The notes beneath the pieces are model-generated. The model made no database searches. It worked only from the letters and a program-made list of their open reading frames with translations, and had not been told where the DNA came from. From Podarcis erhardii (Eukaryota), in NCBI GenBank assembly GCA_964252035.1, contig OZ176203.1: DNA of 64,000 bases; one strand, given 5' to 3'. Positions 10,201-25,200 of the stretch are shown piece by piece (positions within the stretch are counted from its first letter, which is position 1; each line of letters opens with the position of its first letter). The position numbers were made by a program, and so were the translations under genes.

Positions 10201-13200
10201 TGTCTCGTGGGCAGAGGCCAATGCAGCTTGTTTTTTCAACATCACGGTATATCACGGTATATTGGCTGGTGATACACCGTGATGCTGAAAAGCTGGTATC
10301 GCCTAGTCCTAATTCAGAAACACTGCAGATCACCTGAAATTTAGCTCATGGGCCACAGCTTGGGAAACCCTGGTTTAGGCTATGCTTTGCTTGCACATTC
10401 CTCAATACCTGTTTGTTCCACAGATGCATACTTATTAATCCTTTCGTTGTTTTGCAGTATATCGGGGGGGGGGGGCTGGATCCAGAAAGTGTGCTGGCTT
10501 GTTTATCTTCAAGTGCCCCAAGTGGGCCAAGGCAGTGTCTGGGGTAATGAGGTGGTGCCATATTACCATCCTTCTGACAAAAGCATTGCTGCCACTTACC
10601 TAAATGGTGCGAGTTAGGTCAGGGTGGCAGCAAGGTAGAGACTGCACAGGCAGCGCTGGATTGGCACTCTTGGCGCACCCGTGTAGCCCTGACTTCACCA
10701 GCACCCTGACCCATCTCCTCACAGTCCTTATAAGCTGCAGCTCTTGAGAGGTCAGTGGTGTGGCACCGCACAGACCAATCCCAGTTTACTCTGTGCACTT
10801 TGAGCTTGGTCTGAATTAACAGGCATGTGCAAAAATATTTGTAGTAGCTACTCCTAATAGCGAGCTGATAGTCCTAAAATATATTTGTTGATCAGTCAGT
10901 GAGTTTTATACAAATTGTATTGATTGACTGTCGGTAATTTTTTAATCAGGAAACATACTTCCTTTTGTAGATGAATTGCATGTATTTATAGCAGGCTTTC
11001 CCCCTCCTATATGCTTACCAGCTGCAAGTTTTATAACGGCATATATAAAATATTTAAAAAATCTTTGCCGTATCTCACTTTTGCCATTGCCTCTGTGAAT
11101 GTACATAAGCCAGCTCCTATTGCTTTCTTTTATTCACTGTTCTTTCTTGACGTTTTCTGTAACAATTCTACCATGACCACCTTACCTATTTTTAATATGG
11201 GCTTTTATGTACTGACTATTCACATTGGTATGGGAATGGTAGCATTTTCTTTCTATTGGCAATGGAATAGAATCATGCAGAGCAACTCTTATTCATGGCC
11301 ACAGCATACGTTATGCAACAGATGCATGTAACAGTCTCTTCATTTTGTGTGAGTACGTTTAATGAAGAACAGCTCTGGGAGGCTACAAGGCTACAAGTTA
11401 AGTAGAGAAACGGCAAGGAAAAGGAACTGCTTAACTTCCCCATCTTTGGAGAGCGAGAGAAAAAATTAACATTGGGGACCATACTCACCTAGTTTGTTCT
11501 TTGCTTCTTCAGTAGAAACTACTCTGTAGCTGCTGGGCACTGGCATAACACAACAGGAAAACCTTGGAAAATAAGAAGTTTTTTCTTTGAAATGTTCACT
11601 GGAATGTGATCCATTTGCTTAAAACATGGGTATTTGTGGCACATAAATGCAGTGGTCAAGGCAGAATGACTACTTGCAAATTAATCTTAGTTTGAGATAC
11701 ACACTTAATTTATATGTGCCAAGCAAAGCAGTACAGTACTAGCTTGAACTCCTTTGCTTAAATGTGCATTAATACTCTTTCCCCATCTGCTTCAAACTTG
11801 CATGTGTAGGGTTTTTTTCTTGTCTTTTTCTGCTGCAGGTAGTAAATCACATGCTGAGCTTCTGGGTCTTAAATGCCCCGTTGGTGTTACGGGCAGTGAT
11901 TGTAATTGGTCTTAATTAGATTTAATGGTATAAACTAAGTTCTCAACAGGATAGTGGGGATTTTCCAGTTGACAGGTCTTGATGTTGTAGCAGATGTTGA
12001 CCAGGCTAACTTGTCATAGTAATGTTGAACAGTGTTTGATTTACAGTATTTCAAAATTTATTTGCTGCCTTAAAACTACTAGGTAGTTTGCTTTAAGCTA
12101 TTTTTAATGTTGCAGTTTAAATTGTTTTGACCTACCCTGGGAACATAGACAGAAAGGTGGGTTATTCTTATTCTTATTACTATTACTGTTAGTATTAATA
12201 ATAATACAGCTCATTGCTAGTCAGGCAAGAGCTTAACTATCAGCCAGGTTCAGATGACGCATTAAGAAAACCTTAGCTTAGCTCACTCCTGCACCAAAAA
12301 GGACCAGTGAAGAACAAAGTGGCTGTGAGCTCCTTCCTGAGAACCCACATATTTGCACTGAGGCAAGGCCTGGCTTAGCATGATGTGTGGACCATTACTT
12401 CATACTACTTCCTTATCATGTGACAAATAGGGTAACTGAGTCCTTCTGATAAGAAGTTTAGTGCTCCCATGAGCTGTTCAGCTGAATGTTTGAGTGACAT
12501 AGCAATACAGCCCTTGCACCCATTTGTTTGTACAAATGAAAACGATTAACAAAATTTTCAAGATGGGTTTAAATTTGTAATATAAAACACGAGGGGGGGG
12601 GACCCTGTTGAATGAATTTTAAAATATTTTTCCAATGCCATATTCTTTTGCATTATGGATCACAAATTAGCTGCAGTTGTTTGGATCTTTGGTCAGTTTA
12701 CTTTTGCAAACTCAACATAGCAATTCACACACCCTTAACAAATAGTCCAGATGTTTACACTGTCTACTTGCTCCCAGCCCAGTGATATATTCCAGCTTTT
12801 ACATATTCTGCCTGTTCTAGGACTTCCGTGAAAAGAGACAACTATTACTATACTATGCCACAAAACATGCCTTTGTTTAACACAATTCTGTCCTTCTGAA
12901 ACCAATCCCTAGATTCAGAGTGGTGAACAACAGTTTAAGGGGTTGGTAGCGCAACTGTATACATAGTCAAATTGTATGGGGACCACATTTTGAGATTCTT
13001 GCATTGCAGAAGGGTGGACTAGATGACCCTCACAATCCCTCCCAACTCTACAATTCTGTGAAATAAATGGAAATCTGCAAAGGGCTGAAATACTTAAGAA
13101 CTCCCTCTTGAATTTTCTGACATTTCAGATTCCTACATCCCAGCCACTGCCATTTCTGTACTCAAATATGTAACCTTCCCAATTAGATTAACCATGCATC

Positions 13201-16200
13201 TGATAAAGTGGGCTATGAAAGTTATGTTGCAATACCATTTGTTAGGGTTTTATGTGCTACAATATCCTAGGTTGCTTTTCATAAATTAAGATGACACTCG
13301 TGCCTGTTTATATGTGGCCATCATGATGCTTAGTTAAGTAGCCTGAGATCAAGTTTTACTCACACTAAGTGGGTGTAGACCTGGGCGCTTCAAGCAAGGG
13401 TAGGAAATGTACATACACAATATATATTTTAAAAAGCAAATTAGCTCTTGATGGCCAGAACAAAAGAGGACAATCCTCATGCCTTTCCAGGAAGAATTTA
13501 AGCTCTGGGGTGATTCACATTTTGCCATTCTTAAGAACAAAAGAGGCGATAGAAAGCAATAAAGCTAACTGCACTCCCAACTATAAAGCATAGATAGAAT
13601 ATTGTGTGGAATTGATACTGAGAGAGAGATTTGCGGGAAGCACTGTGCTAAGGGAAAATGTGACTAAGACAATGAGGCATACTATGTGAAAAGGCACTTC
13701 CCTCATTATACCAAGTATCAAATCAGCAGTTAACTATCTGTACCAAGTAAAGAGCAACAATTAAAAGGTAAAAAAGTAAAGGACACCTGGACAGTTAGGT
13801 CCAGTCAAAGGCAACTGTGGGTTGCGGAGCTCATCTCGCTTTCAGGCCCAGGGAGCCGGCGTTTGTCCACAGACAGTTTTCTGGGTCATGTGGTCAGAAT
13901 GACTAAACTGCTTCTGGCGCAACGGAACACCATGACGGACACCATAGCACATGGAAACACCGTTTACTTTCTCACCACAGTGGTACCTATTTATTTACTT
14001 GCACTGGTATGTTTTGAATTGCTAGGCTGGCAGAAGCTGGGACTGAGCAATGGGAGCTCACCCCATTGCACAGATTCAAATCGCCAACCTTCTGAACAGC
14101 AAGCCCAAAAGGCACAGTGGTTTAGACCACAGCGCTATCCACGTCCCCATAAGTATGCTAGTAACAACATGCATACATAATCTGATTTCTGTGTTGTCTT
14201 TCCATAGTTAAAACCATGCTCAAGGTGGCTTACAGCATGAAAAAATACATAATTACAACATAAGAAAACCATAAACAATAAATGAAACACTAAAAATACA
14301 CAACCAAATTGAAACAATTTCCACGTAAGATCTGAAATAAAGGTACAAAACAATATCAGTAACAGCAATAGCCTCCTCACACATACAAACAGTACCCCAG
14401 CCCAAGAGTGTTTTTGGCAGCTTCAGCTTTTGTAACTGGAGTCAGTCCTGGCCCCACCCTCTCAGGCCATGTGGAAAAAGGCCAGCAAGGCAGGGAGCAG
14501 GTTCTCCAGGACTCACAGCTGAGATGATCTTTGGCCTCAGCTCTCTGAAGGCTAGTTCAGTTAAGTAGAAGATTACAGTAAAGCTTTAGCTAAGTTCATT
14601 TGCTGACTAATGTTGATATAACATTTAATTCCCACCATTATTTTACAGGCTCTTCAAAGTAATTTGAAGTACTCCCTTTTACCAAGGCGTCTGATTATCA
14701 GCAAGAGGTTATCTCAGTGTTTACATCCAGCATTGCCCAGTGGAGTGCACCTAAAGGCACTAGAGACCTATGAAATAATATTTAAAATCATTGGGACCAA
14801 ATGGCTTGCAAAGGACTTGTTTCTATACAGGTAAACATTCTACTTAAAAAGTAAGACTACAATTTAATATTAGTGGCTGTGCTTGCAGATAATATTAAAC
14901 TCTGGTTTAGCGCTGCAAGGATGAGTTGCAGAAAAGGGCCTCAAGCTCACTCTTCCCCTCTCCTCAAGTGTGACTGCAAAAAGCAGATTGGGAGCTTCTG
15001 TTTCAGGTGAACTGCAGTTTAATGTCATGTACAAACCCTGAACTGTAGTTAATCTCCACTATTGTTGTTGAAAAGAGCCAACTTCATAAAGTGTGGTTTG
15101 AGGTTAACCTGTTTGAACAAATAACTAAGATTAGCCACAGTTTTCCAGGTTTCAGTAGTCACAAAAAGCTGGGATTAATTTCAAATGGGAACAAATGTTT
15201 CTAAATTTCCTCATAGCTACCTCAGGGGAGAAGGAAGTGCACAAGCCCAAGACCCCGTTCAACTCATCATTGTAATACTAAGCCATAATTTAACATAATG
15301 TGTGAATGCAACCAATGGCTGACACACACTCCCCTTTTTTAAATCTCTCACTCTCTGTCTCCAGCTCAGGCTTGTTTCCATTGCTGGCAAATGCAGCAAT
15401 GTCGGTGAGGCCTGTTCTTCTTGGCCTGTACGAGAAATACTTTATCCCACTGCAGAAGTGCCTCTTGCCAAGTCTTCAAGCCTTCTTAATTGGACTCTTG
15501 CCCGGTTTGGAGGAAGGGTCAGAAATCTATGACAGGTTGGTATCACTTGCACTTAGAATAAATGTCACTGCATTTTAAAAAACTTTTTAAAAATATATTT
15601 ATTTAATAGAAACCCCCCACTTCCAAGAGTTGCTCACCTGTGCAGTATGGGGCATGTGGAAAGGCTCTTGGTGGGGTCAGAGAAGACAAGCTACTGAAAG
15701 AAGCAGGAAAGGCAGAACCGTAAGGATTTAAGAGTTAAGACGTTCTGTTTGTATTTGGCAAGGGCCACAGGACAACTTGAGCAGGAAGTGCCTGTGGCTG
15801 CAGAATCATAAGTGCAAACAAGCAGGTTCTTTTGGGTACAAATGGAAATGTCGCTGTGCCAAAAGGCATCTGGAAGCAGCAGGAAAAACTCCCTTCTGCT
15901 TAATATTTACAAGCTCTGTCAATGGAATTTAGAGAAAGGCCTTGTCTGTTTTCAGAATTTTATGGAAACATTTGCTTGAGCTTTATCCTCTAAACTCACC
16001 CTAAGTATTTTTTCTTTTTTTCTTACAGTCTTATAAGAGTGTAAAGTATGTCACTATTGCCTATTGTAGATAGGAGTGGGGGATGAAACATAGAGACTTA
16101 AGGCCTCTAACAAGATTATGACTGGTATGAGATTTGGAACATCAGTGATGCAGAACTGATGCACTGTAGTTGAGAGCCTTGTCAGCCATCAAGTCTGTCT

Positions 16201-19200
16201 CTACTACATGTATTATTTAATTATGCACATAATTTGTGTGGGTGGTTTGCTTTTGGTTAAGCTCTCAGGATGCGGGCTTCCTTTCTCTAATTCTGCAAAT
16301 TCATAGTATACATTAATCCAGTTATGTAGACAACTGAACTATCAGAAATGATTTTCAAATATTAAAGCCTTCTCAGACACCAGATCTTCACCAAAATCCA
16401 CAAAAGGCAGGTGAATGGGATACTGTTAGTATTACTTAACTTTCCAAGATGTTTCGCTGCCACCACATGTTGGTACTCCCCGCCCCCAAGCCAAGTCTTT
16501 GCAAAAATCTGTATTTGAAAGAGAATAAACAAAGGTGGGAAGCTTGGATCCTGTTCTTATCAGCACTTCCTGAGGTGATTACTTCCTTCTGATCAAGAGA
16601 TTCTGTCCACTTAATTTATTCAGATTATGAGCAATCATTGGGTGATTCCTTCCAGTAGCACCTTAAAGACCAACTAAGTTAGTTCTAGGTATGAGCTTTC
16701 GTGTGCATGCACACTTCTTCAGATACATGCACACGAAAGCTCATACCTAGAACTAACTTAGTTGGTCTTTAAGGTGCTACTGGAAGGAATCTTTTTATTT
16801 TGTTTTGACTATGGCAGACCAACACGGCTACCAATCTGTCATTGGGTGATTCGTACATTAAGTCTTGCCCATTAGTGATGTGACTTGGCAGGGAGGAAAG
16901 ATCTAAAGCAAATGGCCATAAGTAGCACCTTATTATATTGAAATTCTGACAGCATTAAATAATTAGCAGCCAAAGGGTGAACTTTTTTTTATCTAAGTTG
17001 TTTGGTTGAAGGCATGGTCCCATGATCCTTTGAGTCACAATTGGTAAAATGTGGTAGGGTTGACTAGAGTAGTAATTTCCTTCAGCACAACCCTAGAATC
17101 ATTTCTCCATCTTCCTCCATAACATCAGTTCCCAATTTTGAGTACCTGTGATGTACATGAGTGGCAATACTAATTTACTATAGAAAGAGCAGGCCTAGAC
17201 TGGGTATAACTCGTGACAGAGTGACAAATTATGTGGAAATGTGAATGCAGTGACAGTCCCAAACTGGAGTGAGTTTGATCTTTTCTAGATTAAGCTGTGG
17301 TTTTTTAAAAAAAGAATGGTCATTTGATGGAAGTGGTATAGAAACTTCCCTTTTTCATTTCCACTTTTTTGTTTTTGTTTTAACAGGACAGATGCTTTAC
17401 TTGTGAAGTTGTCTCTAGTAATTGGCAAAGAAGTGTTTTATTCAGCATTATGGGGGAGTGTCCTGGTTAGTCCTTCCATAAGACTGCCTGCCTCCCTTTT
17501 TGTTGTTAGTCATATCAACAGAGAATTATCTGGAAAACAGCAGAAGTATATGCTGGGAACTGATACTAAGCTCATGGTAGGTTGCACAACTGGTAATGTG
17601 TGTTCTTTGTATGCGTTTCTAAACAAACAATTCTAGAAGCATGGGCAAACTGCAAACCAATCATATACTCATGAAGGTGATACATAGCCATCCTTGGATG
17701 TCCTTTCTCAGATCATTTTCTCTGGCTAAGTGTTGATCAACAGCAACAAATCTAAGAATAATGGGGACCAATTGAAATCTCCCCCAGATTGACTGCTTTG
17801 GAAAGGGGGCAAGTTTATATGCACCAGCAGAACATTGAACTGGAACTGCATTGAATCCCTATTTGGAAGAACACACTTTTTGCTGAAGGCAACCACAGAG
17901 TCTTGAGTATAGAAAAATAAGAAAGCTATATTAGTTAGACGAAATGCATGTTTGATCGAAAGCTGGTCCTAGTTCTGCCTAACTAAGAAGGAGATGCGGA
18001 GAGCCATGCTTGCTCTGTCATCTCTGCAGAAGAGAGACACAAAAAGTGGGATCAAGGAAGGGAGAAGTAGGAAGTGAGGTCAGCAGTCCTAAGAGTCTGG
18101 CATCTGAAGAAAATCACTGCAGGTTAGGTGAGAAAGACAGTCTAGGAAGCATGGGGATTACTCTCTCTTACCTACTTTATCCCGATGCAGACCCCATCAG
18201 CCTTACTACACCCCAACACTTCCAACAACTTCCCATTCCCTTTGCCCAAGGGAAGCTTGGGGAGAGGAGAAGATGAGCTGCACTTCATTTTCTCAGCCCG
18301 CACAAAGTCCCCCACCTCCCTCCACATGGAGCTTGTGCCTTTGTCATGCCCTCCACTACCAGGTATATTCCTTGGCAGCAGAGGGGTGTATTCCTCAAAT
18401 GCAATTCTGTTCTTTTCTTACAGGTGAAAGCTTTTTGTGTGTCAATGCTGGATTCAAATGTTCTTGTGCAAAGGAACACTTTGGAAGTGGTTCTCTTCTT
18501 CTTCCCATTTTATTCATCTTTGGTAAGGAAAAGACTTAACTTTTTGTGGTCCAACTCTAAGGCTCGCTACAATGACAGGCAAGTGCAAGGGGAAACTGCC
18601 TAGGCTTCGTACATTTTCTGTACATGCAAGTGGTGTTTTGGTTTCCGGTTGGGTTTATCTTTTAGTTCTCCCCCACCCATCCCAAAATCAAACAAACCAT
18701 TGGTCTCTGTGTAGGTATTCTGAAGTTGTTTAAAGGAGAGGCAGCTCTGTACAAAATTCTGATTCTCTAAGGTGTTCACTGCCGTATCTGCCACCAAAAC
18801 AACGTGCTGCTTTAGTAACTGCAATTTCTTGGCCAGCCTCAAGGGACATTTAATGCAGATTGCATTGCAATAAATCAAGTCTTGAAGTTGCCAGTATCAG
18901 AACTACTATGGTTAGGCTGTCTTGGTCCTGATAGACATGAACAGATTGCAGCATTAAAGTGAGAGGAGTTTTATGTTGCTAATTTTTTTATTGCCACAGT
19001 GCGCTGGCTTTGTTTGTTTTTGCATTTCCTGGTTTTTGTTCAAGGAAACTCACCTATATCTGACTTGTCTGTTCTTTGTTTAGGATCCCAGTGAAAGTGC
19101 TGTCACACTATCTAGATCTGATATAGTGCACCTTCTCTCAGCATCTGCCCAAACTCTCTTAAGAAGAGATATGTCACTTAACAGAAGGTTATATGCATGG

Positions 19201-22200
19201 CTGCTAGGTACTGTACAAATTATAGCCACATTATCTTTGTGTGTATTTTTGCTATTGGTGTTCAAATAACTTTAGTGCGCACCCTTGAAATAGAATGTTT
19301 AAAAACTCCAGGTTTCATCTGTATTTATGGGCCATCTACAGCAGAATACCGTTTTTTACAACATTTTTGTCCTAGGATATTCAGGGAGTATACAGACATC
19401 CCCAAACACTGTATTATATGCATCTTTGCTGGAATTGCCTTACATAACTACAGCTTCAGTCCTAACCCCACTTCCCTGGAAATAGGCCACACTGAATGCA
19501 ATAGGACATACTTCTGAGTAGGCGGGATTATGATTATACTGTATGTAGAGAAGTGCTGTTTGTGTTACTTTGCATAAGATTTTGTGTGCACAAGCATTTC
19601 CCCAATGGAAGGGGAGTACCACAGAAGTATCAGTTAGACCAGGGGTACCCGACATGCCCTCCCCTGTGGCCAAGCTGGCTGAGGCTGATGGGAACTGTAA
19701 CACAACATCATATGGAGGGTACCACATTGGCTACCACTGCCTTTGTCTTTGAAAAATTGCACCCTTTATTGTCATACATTTCTTACTCAGTGACGTAATT
19801 GACAGCTTGCTTTCTCAGTAATTCAGGAGTACCAAGAAGAAAGTTTAAATTAATAGAAGCCTCCGTGTCCACTGTATTATGAACTATTTTGTGAAACAGA
19901 AATCAATACTAAGCCTGACAGTTGATTATTCACTTTGTAAGACTGTTGGGATTAAAGGTCTATATTTCACTTACCAGGTAAATGCCATGGTTCAGTAGTA
20001 GAGGACATGCTTTGTATGCAAAAGTCCCAGGTTTAATCCTTGGCATCTTCAGATAGAGCTGAGAAACAAATGCTTTTGTCTAAAACCCTAGGGATCTGTG
20101 GCCAGGCAATGGAGATGATACTGAACTGGATAGAGTGAGTGGTCTGGCTGTGTATAAGTCAGATTCCTATCTCCAGACTACTATTTTACATCCATACTAG
20201 ATATTGCTTATGTGTGAGGGGAAAGTGTATCCAACTTCATGTCAGATTTTAATAGCACAAGCAGAAATCTGACATCCTGTTTATTACATTTTATTTATTC
20301 AACCATTTATGGTCTGTTTAACACCACAGTCTAGTAAAGGTGCACAATAAGGTCACAAAAAAGATAAAATGACGATAAAACCAGGTTAAAAGAAATCGGA
20401 AAAGGGTACTGCTAAAATAAAGCACCAGACGTTCAACAACCAGCAGGCCTGTCTGAACTCAGCTGGAAGAGAGCTCCAGAGAATTGGGCCCACAGTGCTG
20501 GATACACAGCTCCTCGTAGATGCGCTTTGGTCTCAGTATAACTCACAGGAAGCTAGCCTGCATGTATTATATCTATAGTAGTAGCTCATATTATGGGCTT
20601 CCACCACCTACAGTATCGAATGTGACATGTATGTGACTCTACAAAAGACCAAAGAAAGTTAAACGTACTGCCACACTTTCTTTTGGATGGGTCCTGCTGT
20701 CAAATTAAGCAAAATCCCCTGATTCCACACTGATGGCTCAAGTGCTATTAATGTCAGAAGGGAAAAGCAGTTCAACCTTTGTCATAGTTGTTTGTACCGT
20801 TGATTTAAAAGTATATTATATTGCATTCATTATATTTAATCTACTTTCATATTTTCTTTATTTATCATGTTCTCAGGTTCTGATATCAAGGGAGGTACTT
20901 TTCTACCAGATCCATCTATTTCTATGTCCTTAGAGGACCATGCCTTCTACTTTTTTGGGAAATATTCCAAAGATCTTTTAGTTGAGGTGCGTAATACTCC
21001 TTAAAGAATGTAACCTATATTATAATAAATTCCCTGAAAGATACATTCCTTGTTGCCTAGTCACCCGTGTGCAAGCTCAGCAGCTCATAGGATCACATGT
21101 GGGAATTTTGGCGGTAGCATCCAATACCAGTCTCAGTGTGTAGGTACAGCAGGAGGAAGTGGCACACCCATGTCAGCAACTGCATTTCATTGCTGACATC
21201 ATTCAACTGTCTCTGCATAGTTATGCTTCTGTATTGTAGCTCTGAGTGCAAGGAGGAAGCAGGTCAGAATACTAGAACTGCAGAAAAATCAACATTTTCC
21301 TTCAATTCATAGATTCATAGAATTGTAGAGTTGGAAGGGACCCCGAGAGTTATCTAGTCCAACCCCCTGCAATGCAGGAATTTCAGCTAAAGCACCCAAG
21401 ACAGATGGCCATCCAACCTCTGCTTGAAAACCTCCAATGAAAAAAGAGTCCACCAGCTCTTGTGGGAGTCTGCTCCGCTGTTGAACAGAAAGTACTGTCT
21501 GATGTTTGGTTGGCATCTCCTTTCTTGTAACTTGAATCCATTGATTTGGGTCCTTACCTCTGGAGCAGGAGAAAACAAGCTTTCTTCTTCTTCTTCTTCT
21601 TCTTCCATGTAACAGCCCTTTAGATGTTTGGAGATGGCTATCATATCTTCTCCCAGTCTTCTCTTAGCTAGACTAAACATACCCAACTCCCTCAAACATT
21701 CCTCATCAGGTTTGGCTACCGGATCCTTGATCATCTTGCTTGCCCCCTGCACACGTTACAGCTTGTTAATATCCTTCTTAAATTGTGATGCCCAGAACTG
21801 AACACAGTATTTCATATGTGGTCTGACCAAGGCAGTACAGAGCAGTACTGGAAACTATAGTTCTATTGATGCTGATTCCTAGTTCTAAAGGCAATGTGGG
21901 GGAATTGTCTGCTGTGGGTAGGAGCTATTGGCTATGCTCTTTCCCCTGTCCATGCCAAACCACATACTACTTTAGCCGCTGCAGCACAAGCCACTATGTC
22001 TTTTCTGCAGTTGCAGGAGAACCACAATGTTAGATTGTAAAAGAGGAATTCTGAAAATGGGTTTGGAATCTGGTGTCAGTTTTCCACCCTTTTTTTCAAT
22101 TGGGGTTTGGCTGTGTTTTGAGATCTTTCAAGCAGTAAGATTAGAGTAAGTGACAATGTTAATGCTATTTTTGCTTCCAAATTCAACATTTGATTGTTTT

Positions 22201-25200
22201 AACATTGTTTTAACAGGCGTTGATTGAAATACTGCATCAAAATTTTGCAGAATCTGACTTGGAGGAACAGCATCATGCATATCTGAGACCCTTCCGCATT
22301 CTCATAAGCCTACTTGACAAACCTGAAATAGGTAAGAAGGAAGTCTCTCAAGATAACTAATACAAAAATATACTTGGCTACGGTATATTTGTTTTCCATT
22401 TGTTCTAGGTTTGTGCCTTTAGCAAGCATCTGACGTGGGATGACAAATGATGGTTAAAGAAGAAAGTTAAAGACACTAAGTCACACCTAAAACAAACCAT
22501 AGCCAACAACAAACCCTGACTTCAGAGTGGTGTTTGTTGGGTATAAACAAACCATACCAATTAATAAACTATGGGTTAACATTACATGTGAACAGGCCAA
22601 TAGATGGTTAAGCAAAACAAAAGGCAAACTTTACACCTTTATCAATAGGTAGCAGGATGTCTACTCTTATCGTGTTGAGTCCCAATAAGGCTTGTGCCCA
22701 AATCACTAGTCATGTGCTTCAGTATGCCTCCAGGATATGCAGGAAACACACTATGAACAGACCTTTGTTTTGTCCATATCAGCTTTATGGCCATTCATAT
22801 TGGTTTTTAAAACAATCTTGTCTCTAGATTATGTTCTGAATGGCTGTCAACCTTGGCTGCTTGAGTAGCTCTTGTGGATTTCTATTGTGGGAATAACATT
22901 TCTATTCCTAAATGTTTAGAAGTAACTGCCAAACTAATGTTGCATTTTCAGGGTCTCTTACGGTTTAACTGTTAGATGTTCTGCAATCCTGCTTTTTCCT
23001 TCTCTCTAATGAAATAAAGAAGTATATTCCATTGGTATGAGCATGCTACTGTTACTTCACTTTTAAAGCCTGACATATAATAGAAAAATTCTACCATTAT
23101 TTCATACACCTGTGCAATATTTAATTATAAGAGAACCTGTGGCATTATTTCTATCCTTTTGAAATATTGCTTGAAATTGGTGTATAGGCTATATAGCAAG
23201 CAAGATCTTCTCTCAAAGTATTGTTTGAATATATTTTGAGGAGACCTAGTGCAGATGTAATGAAGCACTAGCCCTTCTGCTTTCAAAGGAATGGGTTGTA
23301 TCTGTTGTTTGTTCTGCTCAGAGTAGACCTGCTGAAATTAATGAACATGGCTTACTTGGAAGCATCTATTCTTTGAAACTCCCTGCTTATTGATATCGAC
23401 CTTGGATGTTCTCTTTTCAGTGCCTGCTTAAAACATTTTGTTCAGATAACAAATCTGTGGTAAGGGGACAGGCCACAATAGTAGCTCAAAATAAATAGTG
23501 TATAATATGAATAGTTGCACTCATCGTGGGGGGTGGGGGTGGGAAGGGGAAATACATATATTTCTAAGTACTTACAGTGGGTCTTGCTGAAGAGTATAAA
23601 GTTGAAGAAAAGCTCCTGAAAAATAGTTGTATTAGTTTGTTGCAAGAAAAGCAACGATCCGTTGCTTTAAAGGCTAAAATGTAATGCCATAAGCATTCTA
23701 AGCTAAAGCCTACTTCATCTGATGACCTGAGACCAGTACAGTACTTGGCTTCTCGCTAAGAATATTAAGGTTCTAGGAAACAATTTCTGATCACATTGTC
23801 GGGTTTTAATCATTCCAGTAAAAATGGAACAGGGCTTGACAATTATCTACATAATTCATTGAGCCACTAAGAAGTTGGGTTTCTATTTCCTCCTCTTCTA
23901 TGCTGAAATAAAATATTGCCACTCATTATGATCAGACTTCATTGTATCTTTCTTTTGTTGAAGGACCACCAGTTGTTGCGGATTTGTTTCTTGAAGTGAT
24001 CAGAGCATTCTATTCTTATTGCAAGGATACACTGGGTTCTGATCTTAAACTTAGTTACAGTCAAACAGGAAATGTCCTTACAAGGTATGCTTTGGTCTGT
24101 CTTTTTCTTTTTTTGCTCTGATATTAATCAGGTGTCCGAAAAACACCACTGGGATTTGATTTATATTCCCGCCCCCCACCTGCTAGTTTCCTGCTGACCA
24201 TGCCTATTGTGTCATTGCATTTGAGTACCCAAATTAGCATTTCCTTGAAAGTAAATTTCATTGAAATTGAGCATTGAACTAGAATAGTTAGACAGTTAAT
24301 ATGTCGATCATTTTTTTTATAGGTAGTGGTGAGTGAGCACCCCTGCACTCAGTTTAGAATGGGCACACTGCAAGCAAGTTGTAATTAAGGGTTTGGTTTT
24401 ACGTGAGTCTGCATCAAGCCTGGCCTTTTTCTGAGCTGAGACCTCTCAATTCTCTTGATGATGACATAGGGGGAAATGGCTGCAGGACCCCTTGTTGGAT
24501 TATCAGCTGCAAAAGTCAGTTGGAAATGTAGGTCCATTGATGCTGGTAGTCCAGTAGGGCTTTGGGTATCATGGGAATACAGTACATAACCCACCTTGTG
24601 GCCAGGATGCTGTCAGAAGCATATGCCGTAGAAATCAACAACAGCTGATGAGACATAGTTACCATTACCCTGCTAGATTTCTTAATTTGCAATATATATT
24701 TGTTCTTTGACTTCTGTGCTTAATACTTCAGAATGCTTACTGCTGAATATTTACTACATTTGTTTGACTCTCGCTGTTTTTAGTGCAATCAAAGAAAACA
24801 AGAATGCATCTGAGATAGTTAAAACAGCTAATCTGTTGATCACATCCTTAAGCACGGATTTTCTCTGGGATTATATGACCAGATGTTTCGAAGACTGCTT
24901 CAGGTAGCGTGCGCGCTCTCTCTATATATATATTATGCTGTTAGAGTTAATCTAAGAGTCTGAACTTTGCTACTTATTCTTGACCTACTGTGTGTTGTAT
25001 GTATTTCCTATGAAGTTTTATTGTTGTACACCACTGTAATACAGTTTGTGAAAAGCATTATAGGAATCTTTCAATAGTAATATATTTAAGTGAGTGAGTG
25101 AATAAGTAAATGGCTGAGAGAATGGTAGAACAAATTTGAATTAAATGAGTTGGTTACTTTTCTTTAAAAAATACTGTATTCGATATATCCTTATGAACCT

